From assembly GCA_964525595.1 (NCBI GenBank), contig CAZGHF010000002.1, positions 1 to 50,887 of the forward strand: DNA of 50,887 nt, written 5' to 3'. Source of the DNA: an uncultured Candidatus Saccharibacteria bacterium (GTDB lineage Bacteria > Patescibacteriota > Minisyncoccia > UBA6257 > GWB1-50-10). The position numbers and the translations under genes are program-made. Shown in pieces: positions 34,189 through 42,299 of the stretch (position 1 is the stretch's first letter; each line of letters starts with the position of its first letter). Below the pieces are notes generated by a model. That model was not told the origin of the DNA, ran no database searches, and saw only the letters and a list, made by a program, of their open reading frames with translations.

Positions 34189-35823
34189 ATGCCCGAAGAT
34201 CCTGTACATAGGAATCTTAAAAATAAGCTGAAAGAAGTTTTGGACAGATGCGGCTTTATTAATGACCGGGAATTGTCGTTTAACTTTGACGGCGCGACTG
34301 ATCAAGATGGTAAGTTGATTGAAAATACTAGTATAGATGTAGCTTCATTAATTAATTACAATGCACGAAAGTGCTTAATTTTGTTTGAGGTAAAGAAGAG
34401 TAGACCTAGTCAAATCACCAGGATTTTCTCGGCTTGGCAAAGTCATATCAGTGATATTAAGAAAGGGAATTTTGCAGTCTTAAACTCAGACGATAAAAGG
34501 ATAAGAAAAGCCGACTTAGGGAACTTAGACTATATTGTATTTTGTTTAGTCGTTGGAGAAAAAAACGTTCCAAGGTCTAGCAGGAAGAATTTTTATTCGT
34601 GGAGTATAGACGCGTTGAAATATTACGATAAAGTATCGTCAGTCCTGGGGGAATGGACTAGGTATGAAATTTTCAAAGATTTTGATTTGTTTTTAGAATC
34701 TAGTGGCACTTACACGGAGGACGCTTTAAAAATTAGTCAGGGCAATAATAAGTTATATATATTTGGAATGCATCCAGATGCTTTGTTGAAGATATGTTAT
34801 GTGTCTCGTAGGTCTTCTACTAAGAGTTTGGCGTATCAGAGGCTACTGAGCAAGAACAGGGTTAGAGAGATACACGACTATTTACTAAACTCGAACGTTC
34901 TATTACCCAACGCAATTATTTTAGCGTTCGATAACACTTCCACAATCAAGTTTGACCACACTAATAAAAAAATAGACTTGCCCAAGGTTTATTGTTCTGC
35001 CTGGATAGTTGATGGACAGCATCGCGTTTTTGGTTTCTTGAAGAATAAAAAGTATTACGGTGTACCAGAGAACCAATATAAGTATTTCCAATTACCGGTG
35101 ATAGCTTTTAAAGATGCTGACGAAAAAACGCAGAGTAAAGTTTTTATTGATATCAACTATTACCAAAAGAAAATTGATCCATCTTTATTATGTGATTTAT
35201 CAACGGTTATAAAGAATCTCAAGAGCGAATTAACGTGGGCGAGTTTATTAGTCAAAGAACTTAATAGTAGGAGTGACGTTTTGCAAGATAGAATAAAGGT
35301 GTCTGAGTTAGATAGTAGAGGAAAAAAGATTTCATTATCCAGCGCTGTTAAATATGGGTTGTTAGAATCGCTGTTGGGCTACAATAAGAAAACTAAAAGA
35401 TACGATGGTGCCCTGTACAAATATGCGCCTTTTAATGTTAACGCTAAGTTTGAAAACGAGAATAATCAGAGAATGTTCGAAAAACAATGCAAGTTGTTAG
35501 ATAGATTTTTTAAGGCAATCTACCTGAACACTAAACCTCGTAGATCTACACCAAAGGATCCTTGGGAAAATGTAAGGCACTATTCTTTACTGAAGCCAAC
35601 TGGTGTCAATGCGTTATATCTAGTTCTAAACAGAATTTTAGAAAAATATCCCAGCGCCGGACTCAATTTGGATACATATTTACAACCTATTAATAAGGAT
35701 ATGTTTGAAAGAAAAAAAGTCGCAAAATACGGTGGGGGATGGAAGGGTTTTCGTGGCTTGGCAGATAAGATGTTGGAAGTAATCAATCGGAAAAATAACG
35801 ATAGTCTGAGATTATATAGTTAA
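34189..35823 (+). CDS. DGQHR-domain protein (DndB/ParB-like)
   Basis: Exact WIVDGQHRVFGF motif, with the downstream FIDINYYQKKI segment typical of DndB-like proteins. Confidence 0.75.
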   Translation: MPEDPVHRNLKNKLKEVLDRCGFINDRELSFNFDGATDQDGKLIENTSIDVASLINYNARKCLILFEVKKSRPSQITRIFSAWQSHISDIKKGNFAVLNSDDKRIRKADLGNLDYIVFCLVVGEKNVPRSSRKNFYSWSIDALKYYDKVSSVLGEWTRYEIFKDFDLFLESSGTYTEDALKISQGNNKLYIFGMHPDALLKICYVSRRSSTKSLAYQRLLSKNRVREIHDYLLNSNVLLPNAIILAFDNTSTIKFDHTNKKIDLPKVYCSAWIVDGQHRVFGFLKNKKYYGVPENQYKYFQLPVIAFKDADEKTQSKVFIDINYYQKKIDPSLLCDLSTVIKNLKSELTWASLLVKELNSRSDVLQDRIKVSELDSRGKKISLSSAVKYGLLESLLGYNKKTKRYDGALYKYAPFNVNAKFENENNQRMFEKQCKLLDRFFKAIYLNTKPRRSTPKDPWENVRHYSLLKPTGVNALYLVLNRILEKYPSAGLNLDTYLQPINKDMFERKKVAKYGGGWKGFRGLADKMLEVINRKNNDSLRLYS

Positions 35824-35847
35824 AGTAATAGAAAAAACTGGAAACTA

Positions 35848-35875
35848 ACCCATCGCGCCCCGGAGGAGGTGGAGA
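35848..35875. repeat. GC-rich intergenic motif, a-type variant (AACCCATCGCGCCCCGGAGGAGGTGGAG)
   Basis: Shares the AACCC lead and the GGTGGAG core. Confidence 0.6.
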
Positions 35876-35889
35876 TTTATAAAAATTAA

Positions 35890-36435
35890 ATGTCTGTGAA
35901 AATTACTTATTTTGTGCATGGTACTACGACGGATAATGAAAAGGGAATCTCGTCGGGGTGGCATGATGTTGAACTTTCTGAATTGGGCGTAAAGCAATCA
36001 ATAGAGCTTAGAGGTAAGATAAAGGACAAGAAATTTGACGTTGTGTTTTGCTCTGATTTAAAAAGAGCGGTTGATTCTGCGAAACTGGCTTTTGAAGGAG
36101 TGGCGCCGATTGCGGCGGATAAAAGATTGCGGGAATGCAATTATGGAAAATATAATGCGCAGCCATCAGGTGTTGTTGAGCCGATGCAGGAGAAACGCAC
36201 AACGGAAAGGTTTCCGGAAGGGGAGAGTTATGAAGACGTAAAAGCGCGAATGGCTGATTTCTTGAAGTTTTTGAAAGAAAATTATGACGGGAAAAGCATT
36301 GTGATAGTGGCGCATAAAGCACCCCAGCTTTCGCTTGATGTGCTTTTAAGAGGTAAAACGTGGGAAGAGGCATTCGCGGAGGACTGGAGAAAAACAAAAT
36401 CATGGCAACCCGGATGGGAATATGAGTTGAAATAG
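35890..36435 (+). CDS. Histidine-phosphatase (phosphoglycerate-mutase) superfamily protein, atypical VHG motif
   Basis: ITYFVHGTTTDN (RHG to VHG), SDLKRAVDSA, ECNYG, PEGESYEDV and VIVAHKAP follow the superfamily order. Confidence 0.65.
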   Translation: MSVKITYFVHGTTTDNEKGISSGWHDVELSELGVKQSIELRGKIKDKKFDVVFCSDLKRAVDSAKLAFEGVAPIAADKRLRECNYGKYNAQPSGVVEPMQEKRTTERFPEGESYEDVKARMADFLKFLKENYDGKSIVIVAHKAPQLSLDVLLRGKTWEEAFAEDWRKTKSWQPGWEYELK

Positions 36436-36485
36436 TGGTTTATAAGGAGGTTAAGATTGTTAAAGAGTAGGTATATAATTTAAAT

Positions 36486-36507
36486 AACCCACCGCGGGGT
36501 GGAGGAG
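36486..36507. repeat. GC-rich intergenic motif, a-type (AACCCACCGCGGGGTGGAGGAG)
   Basis: Near-identical to 34104-34125. Confidence 0.8.
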
Positions 36508-36580
36508 AAAAAAGAGGTCGAAAATGATATAACTTAAAAATTAGTTACATCTTTCGAAGGAAATTGGTAATATTAAAAAT

Positions 36581-38221
36581 ATGGCTGACGTCCTGACCCC
36601 GACGCAACGTTCCTATAACATGTCGATGATCCGGTCGCGGAATACCGGTCCCGAGGCTTTACTTGCGGAGATGCTTATCCGGAATGGTTTTTGTGTCTAT
36701 GAATTCAGTCCGGGGGATATTCCGGGGAAACCTGATTTTTACTTTCGCAAGCAAAAAGTAGCTGTGTTTGTCGACGGCTGTTTCTGGCATCGATGCAAGC
36801 GATGTTTCAAGGCTCCTGAAACCAACACTGAATTTTGGAACAGGAAAATAACTGCGAACATTGCAAGAGACCGGAAAACCAACCGTATTTTGAGCAGGGA
36901 AAACATCCGGGTAGTCAGGATCAAGGAACACGAACTAAAAAAGGATCAGAAAAAGGTTTTACAGAAACTCAAAGCTGTTTTAGTAGAGACCCGCCAGCTC
37001 AAAACACTCGATTTATTTGCAGGCGCTGGGGGTTTCTCGGAAGGTTTTATACATGCCGGATGTGATATGGTCGCACACGTCGAAATGGATAAAGATGCGT
37101 GTAATACCATTCGCACAAGAATGATCTATCATGCACTTAAGAAAAAAGGGTTGATACGCGAATACAAAAAGTATCTGCTCAGCCGAATAAGTATCGCCGA
37201 ACTTGTGGCAAAATACGGTTTGCAAAAAGAATATGACTCAGTCATTCAGGCAAGGATTGACAAGGGTAACTATGCGGAACTTATAAATCAAGTGAGGGAA
37301 CGTCTCGGAAATCATGACCTCGATATAATAATCGGCGGTCCCCCTTGTCAGGCCTACTCGCATATCGGTCGCTCATCAGATAAAAAGCGGATGAGGAGAG
37401 ATAAACGAAAGTTCCTGTACGAATATTATATTGAGTTTTTAAAAGCATTTCGACCGAAGGTGTTTGTGTTTGAAAATGTGCCGGGACTCCTGAGTGCGGG
37501 CGGGGGTATTTATCTGAGTAAAATGCGGAAACTTATGCGTGAAGCCGGATATCGCACAGACTATCAGGTATTGAATGCAGCTGACTTCGGTGTACCTCAA
37601 GACAGGAAACGGATTATTCTGATCGGCTGGAATAAAAAATCAGGTATTGATAAATACCCCAATTTTGAGTCGGTAAACAGAAGTTATACGGCCGAGGATT
37701 TCCTGAAAGATCTTCCGGTACTGAAAAGCGGCGACGGGGAGAGCGCTCTTGAATTTAAAAGCAGGTCATCTCTTTTACACAGACTCGGAATTATTCAGCA
37801 GAATATACCTGTCCTACTTGGTCATGTTGCTCGTCCTCACACTAAACAGGACCTGGAAATATACCGGCTGGCAGTAAAACATAAAAATAAAGGCAAAAAT
37901 ATCAAATACAATGAACTACCGGAACGATTAAAGACACATAAAAATCAGACCGGCTTCCTTGACCGCTTCAAGGTGGTTGATGCTACTGCGGTAACGAGTC
38001 ATACTGTCATCGCCCATATTTCGAAGGACGGTCATTATTATATTCACCCAGATATCAGACAGAATAGATCATTAACGCCACGTGAGGCAGCCCGTCTCCA
38101 GACGTTTCCTGACAATTTTAAGTTTGAGGGTAGTAGAACCTCCCAGTTTAGACAAATCGGGAACGCCGTGCCCCCTATGCTTTCCAAAATAATCGCCAAA
38201 ACGATACTTAACTTCACATAA
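36581..38221 (+). CDS. Fusion protein: Vsr very-short-patch-repair endonuclease joined to a C5-cytosine DNA methyltransferase
   Basis: Vsr part: LTPTQRSYNMSMIRSRNTGPE...GKPDFYF...VFVDGCFWHRC. Dcm part: motif I LDLFAGAGGFSEGF, motif IV GGPPCQAYS, motif VI ENVPGL, motif VIII PQDRKRIILIG, and motifs IX/X TPREAARLQTFPDNF...QIGNAVPP. Confidence 0.9.
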   Translation: MADVLTPTQRSYNMSMIRSRNTGPEALLAEMLIRNGFCVYEFSPGDIPGKPDFYFRKQKVAVFVDGCFWHRCKRCFKAPETNTEFWNRKITANIARDRKTNRILSRENIRVVRIKEHELKKDQKKVLQKLKAVLVETRQLKTLDLFAGAGGFSEGFIHAGCDMVAHVEMDKDACNTIRTRMIYHALKKKGLIREYKKYLLSRISIAELVAKYGLQKEYDSVIQARIDKGNYAELINQVRERLGNHDLDIIIGGPPCQAYSHIGRSSDKKRMRRDKRKFLYEYYIEFLKAFRPKVFVFENVPGLLSAGGGIYLSKMRKLMREAGYRTDYQVLNAADFGVPQDRKRIILIGWNKKSGIDKYPNFESVNRSYTAEDFLKDLPVLKSGDGESALEFKSRSSLLHRLGIIQQNIPVLLGHVARPHTKQDLEIYRLAVKHKNKGKNIKYNELPERLKTHKNQTGFLDRFKVVDATAVTSHTVIAHISKDGHYYIHPDIRQNRSLTPREAARLQTFPDNFKFEGSRTSQFRQIGNAVPPMLSKIIAKTILNFT

Positions 38222-38222
38222 T

Positions 38223-40418
38223 ATGGCTCGAGAAAAAAATAAAACAGGTGTTTTTAAAATCAAACCGGCAGCCAGACATATATTGACTATCGGTCGTGAC
38301 TTGATAAAAGATAACGCAACCGCTCTTTTAGAGCTGGTTAAAAACAGTTATGACGCCGATGCAACGCAGGTGACCATTGAATTTTCTTCCGTAAAAAGTA
38401 GGCGGGGGGCGGGTATAAAGATTAGCGTGCAGGATAATGGTCTTGGCATGAATTATCAGACAGTGACTACAGTGTGGATGGTTCCATCAACTCTCTACAA
38501 ACAACAGAAGGAGTTTTTGAGCGAAATAAAACAGCGTCCGTTACAAGGAAGGAAAGGTATCGGAAGATATGCCGCTTCTATTTTAGGAGATGAGCTTCAT
38601 CTTAAAACAACTCAAGAAAGAGAAGTAACTACTCTTTCGATATATTGGAAAGATTTTGAAGAAAAAGAATATCTTGATGATATTGAAATCTCAATTAACA
38701 GGGGAAAAACAAGTGACCCCGCCGGTACATGTATTGAAATTATCGGTAGTACTGACAAATTAAGAGAGTGGGATAAGCCTCAAATCGAGAGCTTTATAAA
38801 AGAATTGCGGCGCCTTATTTCTCCTATACACGAAAAGGATATAAAAACCGATTTTGAAATAAAACTCCTTTTTAAAGATTTTCCGGTTGATGCATATAAG
38901 AACGAAACAATAACCATCGAACCATTTCCAATTCTGGAGGTATTCGATTATCGCATATCGGGAGAAGTATCAGGGACCGGTGAAGCAAATCTTGTATTTG
39001 AAAATGGGACCGCCGGAACTGTTAGTGAAAAGTTTAAAATTCACATTCTCCTTGATGACGGAGCAAAATACTGCGGTAAGTTAAGCGTGGATTTTAAAAT
39101 ATATGACAAGGACGCTGACTCTATAGAGAATCTTATAGAAAAAATTGGAGACCGGACGAATGGTTCTAAATCTGGCGAAAAACTCAGTAAGAATGAAGCA
39201 AGAAGCCTCCTAAAACAAATTTGTGGTATTGCTGTTTATCGGGGTGGCTTTCGCATCCGTCCGCACGGAGATCCGGGATATGATTGGCTCCAACTTGACC
39301 GCCGGCGCGTTCAAAAACCAGGAGTGCGCGTAGGCAGTGACCGAGTAAGCGGATTCATTGAAATAGAACCCGAGGAAAGATCTTGTCTGGAAGAGAAAGC
39401 AAGTCGTGACGGCTTAAAAGAAAATAAGTACTTCCTTGGTCTTACTCAGATTGCCACCCGTATCCTTCTTGAGGCGGAAAATAAGCGTTATCAATTTAAG
39501 CTGAAAACAGGTCAGGAAAACTCACAGCGTAATCTTATTAGGAAACTCGAGAATCTCTTTGATTTTTCAGATGTTACCCAGAGTATAGAAAAAAAACTCG
39601 CGGATCATGAGATGCCGAAATCGGAGCGTAAAAAGATTGTCGGTTTAATTGATGCGCGTGTCGAGGAAAGTAACAAGGTTGTTGAAGATGTAAAACGCAT
39701 CATTGCCATCTATCAAGGACAAGCTACACTCGGAAAGATTGTCAGGGTAGTCCTACACGAAGGCAGGAATCCCTTAAGCTATTTTCAGAATCAAATACCC
39801 GTCATTAAAAAGTGGGTTGATGAGTTAAAAACGGAATTTAATAAAAATCTTCTAAATCAACTCGTTGACCGCCTCGACGCTATTAAACGACAGGCTGAGT
39901 TGCTAATTAATCTTTTTAGAAAAATCAGTCCCCTGGCCGCCCAACGCAAGGCAAACCCCGCTACTTTTTATTTGAAGAAAAACCTGGAGGAGATCATCGA
40001 TATTTTCTCGCAAGAATTCAAAGAGAAAAAGATCAAAATTAGACTGGATTGTGATCCTGATATACAAGTTACTGCGTGGCCTGAAGATATAAGCCAGACA
40101 ATAGTAAATCTCCTTGACAACAGTTTGTACTGGCTTGCACAGAATAAAAATAGCGCCAGGAAAGTTACAATAACCGGAACGATTATGGGTGACACGTTTC
40201 AGTTGACTTACAAAGACAATGGCCCAGGAATTGAAAAAAAGTTTATACGGGATGAACTCATATTTGAGCCGGGATTTACAACAAAACCTGATGGAACTGG
40301 TCTCGGGTTGGCAATTGCGGGAGAGGCTATGGAAAGGAGCGGGGGTAAGTTGACCGCTGTTTATTCAGAATCTGGTGCACATTTTGAGATAGATTTTCCT
40401 TTACAATCAAAAAAGTAA
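38223..40418 (+). CDS. Cytoplasmic MORC/Hsp90-like GHKL ATPase domain fused to a histidine-kinase core (HisKA plus HATPase_c)
   Basis: N-terminal part: LLELVKNSYDADATQVTIEF...VQDNGLGM...GRKGIGRYAASILG. C-terminal part: H-box VLHEGRNPLSYF, N-box VNLLDNSLYW, G1 DNGPGI, G2 GTGLGLAIAGE. No TM segment. The start is 1 nt after the Vsr-Dcm stop. Confidence 0.8.
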   Translation: MAREKNKTGVFKIKPAARHILTIGRDLIKDNATALLELVKNSYDADATQVTIEFSSVKSRRGAGIKISVQDNGLGMNYQTVTTVWMVPSTLYKQQKEFLSEIKQRPLQGRKGIGRYAASILGDELHLKTTQEREVTTLSIYWKDFEEKEYLDDIEISINRGKTSDPAGTCIEIIGSTDKLREWDKPQIESFIKELRRLISPIHEKDIKTDFEIKLLFKDFPVDAYKNETITIEPFPILEVFDYRISGEVSGTGEANLVFENGTAGTVSEKFKIHILLDDGAKYCGKLSVDFKIYDKDADSIENLIEKIGDRTNGSKSGEKLSKNEARSLLKQICGIAVYRGGFRIRPHGDPGYDWLQLDRRRVQKPGVRVGSDRVSGFIEIEPEERSCLEEKASRDGLKENKYFLGLTQIATRILLEAENKRYQFKLKTGQENSQRNLIRKLENLFDFSDVTQSIEKKLADHEMPKSERKKIVGLIDARVEESNKVVEDVKRIIAIYQGQATLGKIVRVVLHEGRNPLSYFQNQIPVIKKWVDELKTEFNKNLLNQLVDRLDAIKRQAELLINLFRKISPLAAQRKANPATFYLKKNLEEIIDIFSQEFKEKKIKIRLDCDPDIQVTAWPEDISQTIVNLLDNSLYWLAQNKNSARKVTITGTIMGDTFQLTYKDNGPGIEKKFIRDELIFEPGFTTKPDGTGLGLAIAGEAMERSGGKLTAVYSESGAHFEIDFPLQSKK

Positions 40419-40431
40419 AGAATTCAATTAT

Positions 40432-41544
40432 ATGAAACTTATAATTGTTGAGGACGATAAAGATCAAATCATTTCCTATCTGGATACAATCACAGTCGTA
40501 AATTCATCTGGTGGTGGTCATAATATAGAAAACCCTAAGGTAGTGGGAACTTTAACAGAAGCACTCGAGGCGATAGAAAACAAGCACTTTGACGGAGCAA
40601 TAGTCGATCTGAAACTTTCTCGTAGTAACCGAGACAAGACCGACGGAAACGAAATCATCGGGCAGATTGTAAATTTAAAAAGGTTTCCTGTTTTTGTTTA
40701 CTCATCTTTTCTTGAAGATATTGACCCCGCCATAGAGAATTCTTTTTTCTTTCAGCAATTTGAAAGGACTACTGTCCCGTTTCGGGATGTTGTAATAAAA
40801 CTTCATGATATTTATAAAACCGGAGTAACAAAAATTCTTGGTCGAGACGGTGCCATAGAAAGCCATCTGACTAAAATCTTCTGGAAGCATGTGGCTGAGT
40901 CATTTGAGGGTTTATGTCAAAAAGGGATTACCGAGAAGCAACTCCTTCGATATATTACTGGGCATTTATATGAATATCTTGAACTCGATGATATGGCTGA
41001 GTCATTTAAAAAATATTTACCGGAAGAGGTTTATATTAAACCCTCTATAAAACTTAATTTTTTTACGGGGGGTATCATTAAAGACAAAAACTCCCAGAGA
41101 AACTTTATAATTCTCACACCATCCTGCGACATCGTCCAAAACAAAGCTAAAAGTATGCTTCTGGCGTCTGTCCGTAGCCTTACAGATGATCCTGTACGCG
41201 ATCTCAAAACCAAATCTACAAACAGAATTCCTGCTGATCTTCGGGGAGCACAGAGGCAAGTTGCGGAGGAAGAAAAAAAGACGGCTAAAAAACAGCTTGA
41301 AGATTTAATACGAAATAATTATTCTCACAAATATTATTTCCTGCCCAGAAGCAAGAATTTCGAGGGAGGTTTAATTAATTTCCAGGATTTGGAATCCGTA
41401 GAACCAGCCGCAATGAACGGGAGATTTGATATTATTGCAACTATAAATAATCAATTTCTGAAAGACATCGTCGCAAAGTTTTCGTTTTATTATTCCCGTC
41501 AGGGCGCACCGGAAGTCGACTTTTCTGTTGCTGATCTCCCGTAG
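40432..41544 (+). CDS. Receiver (REC)-domain protein with an uncharacterised C-terminal domain of about 250 aa
   Basis: MKLIIVEDDKDQI..., phospho-acceptor context FDGAIVDLKL, and VFVYSS. The remaining 250 aa have no motif I recognise. The start is 13 nt after the kinase gene. Confidence 0.7.
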   Translation: MKLIIVEDDKDQIISYLDTITVVNSSGGGHNIENPKVVGTLTEALEAIENKHFDGAIVDLKLSRSNRDKTDGNEIIGQIVNLKRFPVFVYSSFLEDIDPAIENSFFFQQFERTTVPFRDVVIKLHDIYKTGVTKILGRDGAIESHLTKIFWKHVAESFEGLCQKGITEKQLLRYITGHLYEYLELDDMAESFKKYLPEEVYIKPSIKLNFFTGGIIKDKNSQRNFIILTPSCDIVQNKAKSMLLASVRSLTDDPVRDLKTKSTNRIPADLRGAQRQVAEEEKKTAKKQLEDLIRNNYSHKYYFLPRSKNFEGGLINFQDLESVEPAAMNGRFDIIATINNQFLKDIVAKFSFYYSRQGAPEVDFSVADLP

Positions 41545-41604
41545 ATATGACGAGCACACAAATCCAAAAAAATTAGGATAAATCCCACATCCTCCACCGG
41601 TATA

Positions 41605-41838
41605 ATGAAAAGAGATAAAAATTGCGGTTTATGTAAAGAGGGACATAATTTTGATGACCACTTAGTAATGCTTGCGATGGGACACCTGTTGATTGAGCAC
41701 CATCCTAAAAATGGATTTACGGAAGACGAAATATTTGAAAAGTGTAATGCGCTCTCAGCGAATGTTGCACATGAAAATATTCACAGCAACATCGAGCTGA
41801 TTTCCGCGCAATTCAATGAATTAGGAGTAGAAAAATAA
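41605..41838 (+). CDS. Hypothetical 77-aa Cys/His-containing protein
   Basis: ORF bounded by copies of the GC-rich intergenic motif. CGLCKEGH...H..H residues. Confidence 0.45.
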   Translation: MKRDKNCGLCKEGHNFDDHLVMLAMGHLLIEHHPKNGFTEDEIFEKCNALSANVAHENIHSNIELISAQFNELGVEK

Positions 41839-41858
41839 CCCTCCACCGGCGGGGCGGG
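41837..41858. repeat. GC-rich intergenic motif, b-type (AACCCTCCACCGGCGGGGCGGG)
   Basis: The CCTCCACC core is the inverse of the a-type GGTGGAGG core. It overlaps the upstream stop codon. A degenerate copy lies at 41584-41602. Confidence 0.75.
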
Positions 41859-41869
41859 AAATTAGATTC

Positions 41870-42259
41870 ATGGAATACAAAGGCGTAATAATTGAGGAAA
41901 GCTTGGAGAATAAAGACGTTTTGGGTAACGTGAAAATTTTGAGTACTAAAATCGAGCCAGTGACGGAAAACCACAAAACGCCTTGGATAAAGCAATGGAC
42001 GCTTCATACGGTTGAGGTTTCGAAAAGTGATGCCGAAGAAATTGCCGAAAAAATAAGCAAATCGCTGGATAGTGAGCATAACTGGTACGCCGATTTTAAA
42101 AACGAAGAAACTCATTTCATTATCTTTCGCGGCAGAGTTTTTAAGGTGAACAGGACTAAAAAAGAGGAATACGACACCGCGACAAAATACGGCCTTACTC
42201 TCGGCATCCCAGATTACCAACTTGACTTCTCGTCGCATATCAAGAAGTGGGAAAGATAA
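41870..42259 (+). CDS. Hypothetical 129-aa protein
   Basis: ORF bounded by copies of the GC-rich motif. Its upstream AAATTAGATTCATGG resembles AAATAGATTAATGG upstream of the next gene. Confidence 0.5.
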   Translation: MEYKGVIIEESLENKDVLGNVKILSTKIEPVTENHKTPWIKQWTLHTVEVSKSDAEEIAEKISKSLDSEHNWYADFKNEETHFIIFRGRVFKVNRTKKEEYDTATKYGLTLGIPDYQLDFSSHIKKWER

Positions 42260-42264
42260 TTCTA

Positions 42265-42284
42265 CCCCCTCCACCGGCGGGGTA
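42265..42284. repeat. GC-rich intergenic motif, b-type (CCCCCTCCACCGGCGGGGTA)
   Basis: Same CCTCCACCGGCGGGG core. Confidence 0.8.
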
Positions 42285-42299
42285 TAGAGAAATAGATTA

